DNA of 38,995 nucleotides. Source: a virus (lineage: Duplodnaviria; Caudoviricetes). The translations under genes and the position numbers were made by a program. The stretch is taken from positions 1-38,995 of the IMG/VR virus record IMGVR_UViG_3300016722_000162, one strand, 5' to 3'. This document shows, piece after piece, positions 27,793-35,847 of the stretch; within the stretch, counting starts at the first letter, position 1, and each line of letters opens with the position of its first letter. The notes under the pieces are model-generated. The model worked only from the letters and a program-made list of their open reading frames with translations. It was not told the DNA's origin and did not search any database.

Positions 27793-29051
27793 TAGAATGT
27801 TCCTTTCTCAAATTTTGGTGTTTCTCTATCTGGGGAAACCGAGTATCCATCTTCTATAATGATGGAGCATTCGGAACCAGAGGATACCCGAGTGGCAATA
27901 ACTTGTAGCCCTTCGCCTTCAAGCCAGGCGCCGAACTCTTTCATGGTCTGCAGGTCCATCTGTTCCAATTTGTCCAACAATACAAAGCCGCAATTGGGGT
28001 TCAGCTTTCGAACGATGGCCACCGCCACTCTCAGTTGATCCGAGCTACTTAGGCAATCCCATTTTTGACCCTTATAGACCAGCTCTCCATCCTCAACCGA
28101 CAACTCGGCAAGGGGCAAGTTCGCACCCGTCAGGAGCTCGATCTTGGCCTTCCTGACTGACTCGATGGAATCTGTCAAGGCTTCATACCTGTTGAGGTAT
28201 TCTTGTGCGTCTTGATCCGCTTTTTCACGTTCCATGTTGCTTCTGATTTTGTTGTTGATGTCCTCAACAGAGGCGATGTTCGCTTCAAGCTCTTCCGTTG
28301 ATTCGTCATGAAGATCTTGGGCTGATTTTTTTGCGATATCCAAGTCTGCTAGAATCTGTTTCTGCTTAGCCAAAATTTGATCAAGTTGTTCCTGAATATT
28401 TGCAGCCTGCGTTAGAAGAGAATTAACCTGTGCTCTCTTTTTCTGGTTTTCTCCATTTTGGGCTAGGATGGCTTGCTGCTGTTGGATTAGTTCAGAAACC
28501 GAGATAAGCTCCTTGGGGGCATCTGAGAAAAACTCCATTTCAGCAGCATGTTTTTGTTTCTGATCCGCGATTTGCCCCATGGTTCGGCGCTGGTTATAGA
28601 GGTCTTGCTCTTCTCGTTCCAGCTCGTACAATTTGTCCCCAACTCCGATAATCTGCAAAAGCGTTTTTCCCTTATCCTTGCTGTTTGATTCCATGAACTT
28701 TGGAAGGTCTAAGGCCAATTCCGCGATGAACTCGTCAAGCAACTGCTGGCCATTTCGATTCCCAGAAGGATCGATAACCTTCAAGTCCGAGTTTTTCCCG
28801 TCTCTTCGAACCACAAGGCCATTTGACAAAGTGGCGTTGATGATGGGCGGTGTGATGCTGTCTTCCCGTTTGGGTTCCGACGGTTTGAACTTGTTCCCAC
28901 CAAGGACCCAGGCAATGGAATCCAGGACTGATGTTTTCCCCTGGTTGTTGCGCCCCCCGATGATGGTGAGACCGTTTTGGGAAGGCTCTAGCTGCACGGC
29001 CTTCACTCTTTTGACGTTCTCGATTTCTAGCTTGTTGATTTTTACTGTCAT
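27792..29051 (-). CDS. SMC/Rad50-like AAA ATPase
   Basis: GRNNQGKTS Walker A, long coiled coil, LSSSD signature, VLLDKLE Walker B. Confidence 0.88.
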   Translation of the reverse strand: MTVKINKLEIENVKRVKAVQLEPSQNGLTIIGGRNNQGKTSVLDSIAWVLGGNKFKPSEPKREDSITPPIINATLSNGLVVRRDGKNSDLKVIDPSGNRNGQQLLDEFIAELALDLPKFMESNSKDKGKTLLQIIGVGDKLYELEREEQDLYNQRRTMGQIADQKQKHAAEMEFFSDAPKELISVSELIQQQQAILAQNGENQKKRAQVNSLLTQAANIQEQLDQILAKQKQILADLDIAKKSAQDLHDESTEELEANIASVEDINNKIRSNMEREKADQDAQEYLNRYEALTDSIESVRKAKIELLTGANLPLAELSVEDGELVYKGQKWDCLSSSDQLRVAVAIVRKLNPNCGFVLLDKLEQMDLQTMKEFGAWLEGEGLQVIATRVSSGSECSIIIEDGYSVSPDRETPKFEKGTF

Positions 29052-29062
29052 TTCTTACCTCC

Positions 29063-29135
29063 TTGACAATTTGTTCGATAAGGCGCACAATATAATTGCT
29101 TAATTGCATGGGCGCCTTCGGGTGCTTTTTGCTTT
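29063..29135 (+). promoter_or_regulatory. Antisense promoter plus terminator (short sRNA unit) upstream of SMC-like gene
   Basis: TTGACA-17-CACAAT at 29063-29091, then GGCGCC-TTCG-GGTGCT-TTTT. Confidence 0.5.
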
Positions 29136-29301
29136 ATTTTCTTGGATTCATTTCATCCGTTCCGATCCCATGTTCTACAAACTGTTCCATTAGCCTCATA
29201 ATTGGCACTGGATCTGTTGATTGGCCAAAGAATCTTGAGACGAATTTCCCCAGGGATACACAATCCTCCCTATCGAGTTCAATTGAAATCTTTTCACTCA
29301 T
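29134..29301 (-). CDS. Hypothetical protein (55 aa, MSEKISIELDRED...)
   Basis: Read manually; GAAGGGG RBS; adjacent to 29303..29494. Confidence 0.6.
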   Translation of the reverse strand: MSEKISIELDREDCVSLGKFVSRFFGQSTDPVPIMRLMEQFVEHGIGTDEMNPRK

Positions 29302-29302
29302 G

Positions 29303-29494
29303 CTATTCCCCTTCCTTTTCTGCTTGCTCCAAGAGTTTGATCAGCTCTTCCGCACCGCCCCGGTTATTCACATAACCGCCCTCATACTCGCGATTGCCGG
29401 AGTGATCAACTGCGGCGGTATCTTTCAGCCGATAGACGCGGTACATGGTTTTCTCATTGATTCTGTTTGATTCGATTTTCCATTTTCCTTTCAT
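29303..29494 (-). CDS. Hypothetical phage protein
   Basis: 63 aa, AGGAGG RBS; VYRLKD...DHSGNREY motif. Confidence 0.75.
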   Translation of the reverse strand: MKGKWKIESNRINEKTMYRVYRLKDTAAVDHSGNREYEGGYVNNRGGAEELIKLLEQAEKEGE

Positions 29495-29664
29495 TGTTCA
29501 TCCTCCTATTTTCGGGGTCATCATACACCCGTTTTGCCGTGCAATGTGTGCAATTTTCAACACATTTTCAACCTCGCCTACTAACTCAAACTAACTCATA
29601 ATAATGCGTGATAAAACATTATTCGCCATTGAATATTTCCATTTTTCAGACAATTTGTTTTTAG

Positions 29665-30231
29665 CTATTTGCCGCTCACCTCGTAGATTTTCACCTGCTT
29701 TACTCCATGCTCCAAGGCTTCCTCATGGTTCGCGTAGCAGACATCGATTTGATATGTTCCGTAAGTTGTTTTTCCAGCAAAGCCGCCGGTGTCTTCCGCG
29801 ATGCCGTAGATTATCGAGTTGTCCGGATAGACGATTTTCAGCTTGGTCCCGTAAGGTATCACTCTTGGATCCACCGCGATGGTCACCCATTTGTTACCGA
29901 CCGGTTTACACTTGGAGCCTGTTGATGTGGTTCCGTCTGTTCCGCATATCGGACACCCACCCCCGAATCCGGCGCAGTAAGCGGTCGCCTCGAATGATCC
30001 GATGAGCTCGTCGGCGGTCACTTCCTTTTGGATTTCATCGACCGTCTTTTGGAGTTGCTCGCTGGCCATCATGCCTTGGTTCAGCATTTCGCCTTGGTTC
30101 TCTTGGCCTTGGATCAGAAAGGTGATTCCCACCAGCACAACGATGATCAGCATCAGGATAAGGGATAAAAGGAACCGGCCTTCCCGGCTGATTGCTACGT
30201 TTTCACGTAGGATCCGTTTCGGTTGTTTCAT
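29665..30231 (-). CDS. Membrane-anchored 3D-domain protein (putative lytic transglycosylase)
   Basis: N-terminal TM helix; ATAY, IAVDPRVIPYGT, AEDTGG, IDV (three conserved Asp). Confidence 0.88.
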   Translation of the reverse strand: MKQPKRILRENVAISREGRFLLSLILMLIIVVLVGITFLIQGQENQGEMLNQGMMASEQLQKTVDEIQKEVTADELIGSFEATAYCAGFGGGCPICGTDGTTSTGSKCKPVGNKWVTIAVDPRVIPYGTKLKIVYPDNSIIYGIAEDTGGFAGKTTYGTYQIDVCYANHEEALEHGVKQVKIYEVSGK

Positions 30232-30242
30232 TCAGCACCTCC

Positions 30243-30434
30243 TCAATGACCGATGTTCTTCAAGAACTCTTTGGCTGCAGCTACGGTTGTGTAGTAATGC
30301 TCGCCCATTTTGATTGCTGGGAATCTTTCGTCTTTGAATAGGTCTCGAATCTTGTCAATTCCGATTTCCGGTGCAAACAGTTCTTTGTACTGTTTTGGGT
30401 TGATCATTTGATAATCGTCCGTGATCACGGTCAT
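30243..30434 (-). CDS. Excisionase-like winged HTH protein
   Basis: IGIDKIRDL...FPAIKMG..Y motif; early lytic operon. Confidence 0.65.
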   Translation of the reverse strand: MTVITDDYQMINPKQYKELFAPEIGIDKIRDLFKDERFPAIKMGEHYYTTVAAAKEFLKNIGH

Positions 30435-30595
30435 CCACCTCCTTTCTGATTCTTTTAAGTTCCTTCTCGGCCCCTTCCAGAATGGTTTCCATTTGTTCTT
30501 CCATGACCCAATTTGCTGACTTTTGCATCTCTATCCCTCACTCAAGGATGTTTTGTGATATAATTTCTCCAGTATCTGAATATTGGAGGTGTCTT

Positions 30596-31141
30596 ATGTC
30601 TGCTTTTACTGCGTCTGATTGGGTTTATTTTGCCCTTGCTGTGGGTTCGTTTCTTCTTGCCGGTCTTTCCATCGTATTTGTTGTTATTACCGTTAGACAA
30701 AACAACCGAATGATTAAAGCTTCAACACGGGCTTATGTGAATGTACAAATTGTTACTTCTTACGATCACGCCTGGTTCCTTTGGAAAAATTATGGTAATT
30801 CAGCAGCTGTTATAACCTCATTCAAAGTTGATGTCGATTTGTCAAAATGCGCCTTTACTGAACAACACACCCCCTTTGAGAATGCCGTCGGAACGCATTT
30901 GGCGCCGCACGAGTCGATTCTATCGGCATTTATAGGGCCACTGTTGTTTTCATCAGAAAAAGAAATTACTTTTGAAATTGGATATAAATGTAACGTTGGT
31001 GAATATTTGGAGAAAACAACCATTAATCTTCAGTCAATCACAGATCATTTTGCAACTCGCCGGACCGTAAACACGAAGAACGTCGATATTGAAACCGTGA
31101 AGGCCCTTCAAGATATTCACGAACAGCTGTTAAAAATCTAA
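30596..31141 (+). CDS. Accessory membrane-anchored protein, opposite to the early operon
   Basis: GGAGG RBS, ATG 30596, N-terminal TM helix, own TGATATAAT extended -10 near 30556. Confidence 0.75.
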   Translation: MSAFTASDWVYFALAVGSFLLAGLSIVFVVITVRQNNRMIKASTRAYVNVQIVTSYDHAWFLWKNYGNSAAVITSFKVDVDLSKCAFTEQHTPFENAVGTHLAPHESILSAFIGPLLFSSEKEITFEIGYKCNVGEYLEKTTINLQSITDHFATRRTVNTKNVDIETVKALQDIHEQLLKI

Positions 31142-31312
31142 ACTCTTATATTTGACAAGCTGCTTGGTGTCTTCTAAAATATCTTCAATGATTTGCGCAA
31201 TCCGATACTTGGGTTCTAGTTCTTTACCTATTAGTACCAGTATTTTTTCCGCAATCTCTTTTCGATCATCCTCAGCAAATATAAGACCGGGGCCATATTC
31301 AATAAACATCAT
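31130..31312 (-). CDS. Hypothetical protein
   Basis: 60 aa directly after cro, GAGG RBS. Confidence 0.6.
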   Translation of the reverse strand: MMFIEYGPGLIFAEDDRKEIAEKILVLIGKELEPKYRIAQIIEDILEDTKQLVKYKSLDF

Positions 31313-31315
31313 CCT

Positions 31316-31558
31316 CTACTCACCTCCTTCCGATTCTCCGGGTGCGGCTTCTCTAATTAAATTAGAGTTTGAGCCAAAAAAAATATTCGAGTACGATACG
31401 CCAACAATATCAGCAAAGTCTTTGCCCTGATCAATTGACATACTGCCCGGATTTTTCTCGAATTTCTGATAGGTTGTTACATGAATGCCCATTTTATAAG
31501 CGATTTCTTGCTGTGTCGCTCCGATTCCAATGCGTGCTTGCTTAACTGTAATCTGCAT
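31316..31558 (-). CDS. Cro-like XRE HTH regulator
   Basis: ARIGIGATQQEIAYKMGIHVTTYQKFE; divergent from repressor. Confidence 0.88.
   Translation of the reverse strand: MQITVKQARIGIGATQQEIAYKMGIHVTTYQKFEKNPGSMSIDQGKDFADIVGVSYSNIFFGSNSNLIREAAPGESEGGE
31351..31367. promoter_or_regulatory. Palindromic operator inside cro 3' end
   Basis: CTCTAATTAAATTAGAG, 16/17 match to the operator at 31607. Confidence 0.7.
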
Positions 31559-31600
31559 TATATTTCCTCCTTTCAGTTGCGGATTAGTTTTGATAGGCTT

Positions 31601-31699
31601 ATATTACTCTAATTAAAATAGAGTGTCAATGGGCAAATTCTATTTTATATAGATATTTTTAAGTTTTTTGTTGCTTTTTTTCTATTTTAATTGTATGAT
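31601..31699. promoter_or_regulatory. Lysis-lysogeny switch: divergent promoters and three 17-bp operators
   Basis: Minus TTGACA(31624-29)-17-TAATAT(31601-06); plus TTGCTT(31671-76)-17-TATGAT(31694-99); operators at 31607, 31638, 31680. Confidence 0.75.
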
Positions 31700-31748
31700 A
31701 GCGGTAAAGTTACAATGCTCTTATTGTCTAAAGGCAAGGGGAAACAAT

Positions 31749-32105
31749 ATGGGAGTACCAGAAAACATAAAAAGGTTAAGAGAAAAAGCAAATATGACTC
31801 AGGCGGATTTCGGTAGAATCGCCGGGGTTACTGACAAGGCGGTATCGTCTTGGGAGCAAGGTACGGCAGAACCGCGTATGGGAGCTGTTCAGAAAATTGC
31901 CGATTATTTCGGTTTGAAAAAATCCGATGTTATCGATGATGCGTCTTCGGCTGATATCGAACTCCAAGATCTCCAAGAGCAACTCCATAAGACGCCTGGC
32001 ATGCGTACCCTCTTCTCCCTTGCAAAGGACGCCACACCTGAAGATTTGAAGCTTGTCGAGGACATGCTGAAAAGAATGAAAAAAGACAGTGGATTTGAGG
32101 ATTAG
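31749..32105 (+). CDS. CI/ImmR-like XRE repressor
   Basis: IKRLREKANMTQADFGRIAGVTDKAVSSWEQG HTH; no S24 protease domain; followed by ImmA. Confidence 0.9.
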   Translation: MGVPENIKRLREKANMTQADFGRIAGVTDKAVSSWEQGTAEPRMGAVQKIADYFGLKKSDVIDDASSADIELQDLQEQLHKTPGMRTLFSLAKDATPEDLKLVEDMLKRMKKDSGFED

Positions 32106-32169
32106 TGTGCTACTTATCGTAGGACATAAAGAATAGAATAGCCCCGCAACGTATTAATTGGGGGCTGTA

Positions 32170-32382
32170 ATGGATAACGTATTTGTAAGATTAAAAGATT
32201 TGCCTGATGGGGTGAAGGGTTTTGTGGCGCTGGATCCAAACGGAGATTACAACGTATACATCAATAAGGATTTGAGCCAGGAACAACAAATGGCTACGTT
32301 GGCACACGAAGTGCTGCACATAGATAATAACCATCTGCGGGTAATGTTGCCGGCGTGGTTGTGTGAAAAAGAAACCGTATAG
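32170..32382 (+). CDS. ImmA/IrrE family metallopeptidase (anti-repressor), minimal form
   Basis: YNVYINKDLS...TLAHEVLHI HEXXH motif; follows repressor. Confidence 0.85.
   Translation: MDNVFVRLKDLPDGVKGFVALDPNGDYNVYINKDLSQEQQMATLAHEVLHIDNNHLRVMLPAWLCEKETV
32294..32340 (+). repeat. 47-bp direct repeat, copy 1 (inside ImmA gene)
   Basis: Matches 32814-32860 at 45/47; first 31 bp identical. Confidence 0.95.
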
Positions 32383-32395
32383 GAGAATGGGGAAA

Positions 32396-32794
32396 ATGAA
32401 AAAAGTATTTGCGCTACTATTAATTATTGTACTTGTTATTGGATTGGCTGGATGCGGTAACACACAGTCCAGTGGTGAGTCTGCTACTAAAGATACACCC
32501 ACCATCGAGAGATCAATAGATGCGGTTGCAGAAGCTCTCGGGTTTGAAAACGGGGATGATGTTTATTACAGCATGATTGGTGCCATCGATGGTAAACAAT
32601 ATGTCAGTAATGATAAAGAATACGAGATTTATCAGTACGAATTGAAGTCTTCAGAATATCAAAAAATAGTGGATGGCAAAACAACCAATGGGATTGCTTT
32701 TACTGCTTACAATAACGGCTTTGCACTGCTGTGTTTTGATAAAGACGACAAAAAAACTGTTTCAACATTTGAAGGACTCAACATAGGGGATTAG
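32396..32794 (+). CDS. Prophage lipoprotein (candidate superinfection exclusion)
   Basis: MKKVFALLLIIVLVIGLAGC lipobox; lysogeny module. Confidence 0.85.
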   Translation: MKKVFALLLIIVLVIGLAGCGNTQSSGESATKDTPTIERSIDAVAEALGFENGDDVYYSMIGAIDGKQYVSNDKEYEIYQYELKSSEYQKIVDGKTTNGIAFTAYNNGFALLCFDKDDKKTVSTFEGLNIGD

Positions 32795-32813
32795 CCTCTA
32801 CAGATTTGAGTGT

Positions 32814-32902
32814 CTACGTTGGCACACGAAGTGCTGCACATAGACAACAACCATCTGCGGATTGAAATTCCCGAGTGGCTGTGCGAAAAGGGAATTGACT
32901 AA
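32814..32902 (+). pseudogene. Orphan duplicate of ImmA 3' end (TLAHEVLHIDNNHLRIEIPEWLCEKGID*)
   Basis: Colinear with 32294-32382 through the stop codon; offset 520 bp; no start. Confidence 0.9.
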
Positions 32903-33003
32903 AATCACTCAAAACCAGTACTATTTCGTCAAAATATAGAATAAAACGGCAATTTGGCATGAAAAAACATTCGCATTGTGCGAAGGAGTTTTGCAAAAAA
33001 GTG

Positions 33004-33032
33004 TTTACAAACTAGGTTACCGGTGGTATTAT
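33004..33032 (+). promoter_or_regulatory. Sigma-A-like promoter of abi locus
   Basis: TTTACA-17-TATTAT with TG extension. Confidence 0.7.
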
Positions 33033-33038
33033 TACCTA

Positions 33039-33110
33039 ACAGAGAAGAGTTCTTCTCCTTGAATATGGAACGTACGCCGGAAGCCTTAGGGCCCGGCGTC
33101 TTTATTTTTT
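33039..33110 (+). ncRNA. Structured leader RNA upstream of abi gene, candidate RNA antitoxin or attenuator
   Basis: Hairpin GAGAAG-AGTT-CTTCTC, then ACGCCGG...CCGGCGT stem with T-rich tail before the RBS. Confidence 0.55.
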
Positions 33111-33124
33111 GGAAAGGGATAATC

Positions 33125-34069
33125 ATGGCAGAGGATAAAGAATTTCGTACTCACGATCAACTCATTGACAAACTGATAAATGAGCGAAAAATGACAATAA
33201 CAAATCGTAACAAAGCAAAGAAAATGCTTGAGCGAGAAGGGTATTATAATTTGATAAATGGTTACAAAGACCCCTTCTTATCAGCACAGTCTCAATGCGA
33301 AGAATTTCTTCCGGGAACTAAAATGGAAGAATTATTGGCCGTATATACATTTGACCGGGAACTGCGTCAGACAATACTCAAACGCCTTTTACACATCGAG
33401 ACGCATGTAAAAAGCTTAATCGCTTATCGTTTTTCAGAACAATATGGACATGACAATTATCTAAAATATATAAACTTCGATACCTCAGATAGAAATCTTT
33501 ATGAGAAAACGATTAAGCTAATCGCACACATACAACGCCAAGTGGCTGATCGTGCTTTCGACCCTTGCATTGCGCATTATCTTGGTAAATATGCTTACAT
33601 TCCGCTCTGGGTGTTGAACAGTGTTTTGACCTTTGGAACCATAAGTAAATACTACAGTGTCTTGAAACCACAAGACAAAATGAGCGTAGCAAAGTCGATG
33701 CAACTAATGTCTGAAGATCTCGAGAACATATTGCTTGTATTGTCTTCTGCCAGAAATATGTGCGCCCACGGGAATCGACTTTTTTGTTATCGGAGCAAGC
33801 GCCCTTTGATTGACCTGCCAATACATAAAAAAATGAAAATACCAATGAATGCGTCTGGTAAGGAGTATCAATATGGTAAAAGGGATTTATTTTCAGTTAT
33901 TATAGCGATGAAAATGACTCTACCAAAAAAAGAATTCGAAAACATGACAGACAATATTCATTATCATTATAAAAAAATGAACAAGGAGCTTTCAACAATT
34001 TCCGGAACCAGCATTTTGGACATTATGGGGTTTCCTCATGATTGGTTAAAACAAATAAACACAATATAG
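33125..34069 (+). CDS. Abi family (AbiD/AbiF, Abi_2) HEPN abortive-infection protein
   Basis: GYYNLINGYK, YTFDRELR, IETHVKS, PLWVL...LTFG and RNMCAH (RxxxxH) motifs; 314 aa. Confidence 0.9.
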   Translation: MAEDKEFRTHDQLIDKLINERKMTITNRNKAKKMLEREGYYNLINGYKDPFLSAQSQCEEFLPGTKMEELLAVYTFDRELRQTILKRLLHIETHVKSLIAYRFSEQYGHDNYLKYINFDTSDRNLYEKTIKLIAHIQRQVADRAFDPCIAHYLGKYAYIPLWVLNSVLTFGTISKYYSVLKPQDKMSVAKSMQLMSEDLENILLVLSSARNMCAHGNRLFCYRSKRPLIDLPIHKKMKIPMNASGKEYQYGKRDLFSVIIAMKMTLPKKEFENMTDNIHYHYKKMNKELSTISGTSILDIMGFPHDWLKQINTI

Positions 34070-34070
34070 C

Positions 34071-34177
34071 AAAAAACCAAAACGCCCCTGTTACCGCAGG
34101 GGCGCCTGGACTGCAACCGTCCGGAGACGACCACAGATGCACGACATTATAGTAGCATCTCCGGGCCCCAAAGTCAA
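34071..34177 (-). promoter_or_regulatory. Antisense promoter-terminator unit between abi and integrase (about 70-nt sRNA)
   Basis: TTGACT(34172-77)-17-TACTAT(34149-54); stem CGCCCCTG/CAGGGGCG (34083-34104) followed by T tract on minus strand. Confidence 0.6.
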
Positions 34178-34224
34178 TTTGACGGGGTCTTTTTGTACCC
34201 CAAATGTCAGGAGGAGGTACTAAT

Positions 34225-35409
34225 ATGCCTAAAAAACGCGCAAACGGAGAAGGTTCCATCCGTCAGAAGAAGAGTGGTATATGGGAAGGTCGCGTGACCC
34301 TCGCTGATGCCCTGGGGAACAAACAGCGGCCATCATTTTACGGTGAGACCCGGAAATCCGTTCGTAAGCAAATAACTGAAGCACAAAACCAAAGTGACCG
34401 GGGAACCTACATGAATAGCAGTTACACGCTCTGGCAGTGGTTAATGGTATGGCTGTGGTCTATAAAGGATGCAGAGGTAGACAAGAAGCAGCTGAGCCCT
34501 AAAACCTTTGATGGGTACCATGACAGCATCTATAATCATATCAAGGGCGCGACGATGTGCGATATGAAAATACCAGATATCAGGAAGATCCATGTGCAAG
34601 GATGGGTAGACGCAAAAGTGAAAGATGGTGTAAAACCATATGCCATGAAGCAAGCTTATGGGGTTATCCGAAATGCCATGAATGGAGCGGTTACAGAGGA
34701 AGTAATTGCCTTCAATCACATATCTAAGATTCGTTTACCCAAACCACCTCATAATGAGGTCGAAGTATTTAGTCGTGAAGATCAGGCAAGTTTTCTTTCC
34801 GCTATCTCCGGGGATCGTCTGGAAGCCATGTACATATTGGCTCTGACCGGTGGATACCGTGAGGGAGAATTACCGGCACTCAATTGGGATGATTTTGATC
34901 TGAAGGCGGAGACAGTAAAAATAGACAAGGCCGTGGTTCGGATTTCCATCTATGAAAACCAGGAAAAGGTTGGCACAAAACTGATCATAAAAGACAACCC
35001 CAAAACTGCAGCTGGTATCCGGACAAATCCGCTGCATCCTCTCGCTGTTGCCGCGCTAAAGAGACACCGGGCGCATCAGCTTAAAGAGAAGATGAAATAC
35101 CGAAAGCTATACCAGGATAACAACCTAGTCTTCTGTAATGAAATAGGCCAGCTCTATGATCCAAAATCATTTTACATTGCCTTTGCCAAGGTTCTCAAGC
35201 GAAATGGTCTGAACCACATCAAGTTCCATGCTCTTCGACATACCTTTGCCACTCGGGCCCTGGAAGCAGGAATTCAGACTAAAAGCTTACAGGACTTACT
35301 CGGCCATGAGACGCCTGAAATGTCCGAGAAATATATGCACTTCCTGGATGATTTTAAGAAAGAAGAGATGGCACGGCTAGATGGTTCATTTACCAAACAA
35401 CTGAGTTGA
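34225..35409 (+). CDS. int: Tyrosine integrase
   Basis: RANGEGSI N-terminus; GYREGE, KT, FHALRHT, LLGH, KY catalytic motifs; AGGAGG RBS. Confidence 0.96.
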   Translation: MPKKRANGEGSIRQKKSGIWEGRVTLADALGNKQRPSFYGETRKSVRKQITEAQNQSDRGTYMNSSYTLWQWLMVWLWSIKDAEVDKKQLSPKTFDGYHDSIYNHIKGATMCDMKIPDIRKIHVQGWVDAKVKDGVKPYAMKQAYGVIRNAMNGAVTEEVIAFNHISKIRLPKPPHNEVEVFSREDQASFLSAISGDRLEAMYILALTGGYREGELPALNWDDFDLKAETVKIDKAVVRISIYENQEKVGTKLIIKDNPKTAAGIRTNPLHPLAVAALKRHRAHQLKEKMKYRKLYQDNNLVFCNEIGQLYDPKSFYIAFAKVLKRNGLNHIKFHALRHTFATRALEAGIQTKSLQDLLGHETPEMSEKYMHFLDDFKKEEMARLDGSFTKQLS

Positions 35410-35514
35410 CCGTACCCCTACCCGTACCCCAACCCAATAAGTTTTATCAAGTTCCAATAAATCAAGATGGCGATGTTACCCCTTGTATTTTGGGCGATTC
35501 AAGGGGTAACGCAT
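35410..35514. repeat. Candidate integrase arm-binding repeats
   Basis: CCGTACCCC twice in tandem at 35410-35430; inverted GTTACCCCTTG / CAAGGGGTAAC; next to att core. Confidence 0.5.
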
Positions 35515-35548
35515 CCAAACAAAAGCCCATAAAATAGGTTTTGAAGTT

Positions 35549-35593
35549 CTCTTAATCAGGGTGTCCAGGGTTCGAACCCCTGATGGTGTACCA
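35549..35593 (+). tRNA. 3' half of tRNA-Lys(CTT), prophage att site (partial, not a functional tRNA)
   Basis: CTCTTAA anticodon loop, CAGGG-TTCGAAC-CCCTG T arm, CCA end; no 5' half upstream. Confidence 0.9.
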
Positions 35594-35638
35594 AAAATAA
35601 ATCGTTGAAATATCAATGCGTTCAACGATTTTTTTATT
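35594..35638 (+). terminator. Terminator following tRNA 3' end
   Basis: AAATCGTTGAA...TTCAACGATTTTTTT. Confidence 0.7.
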
Positions 35639-35798
35639 GCGATTTTGCATGTTTTATGTGAATTAATTCCGTTATATTTCGTCATTTTCCTGCATGTTTC
35701 CAGGAATTTTATAAGGAAAATTTGAGGCTAAGGTGATATAGCAGCACCAGCAATGAGGCCCACAACTGCAACAAGGATATATGCTTTCAAAAATAAGC

Positions 35799-35826
35799 AA
35801 AAAGAACCCGAATTGGGTTCTCTTTG
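35799..35826 (-). terminator. Terminator after lipoprotein gene
   Basis: AGAACCC-GAATT-GGGTTCT hairpin with A/T tracts. Confidence 0.6.
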
Positions 35827-35847
35827 CGTTTAAATTGTCTCGGTCGA

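Larger units (their letters stand above)
1..35593. mobile_element. Temperate siphovirus-type prophage, left end outside the window, integrated at tRNA-Lys
   Basis: Ordered lysis-tail-head-terminase-replication-cro/cI-integrase modules ending in a tRNA 3' fragment at 35549-35593. Confidence 0.96.

Noticed and set aside
32294-32902. Diversity-generating retroelement TR/VR pair
   Set aside because: Differences are not adenine-specific and many are synonymous; no reverse transcriptase in the window.
32978-33124. N-terminal extension of Abi ORF in the six-frame track
   Set aside because: Spans the promoter and leader hairpins; ATG 33125 has the RBS and family-like start.
35500-35593. Complete tRNA gene
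   Set aside because: No acceptor 5' strand or D arm upstream of the anticodon loop; only the 3' half is present.
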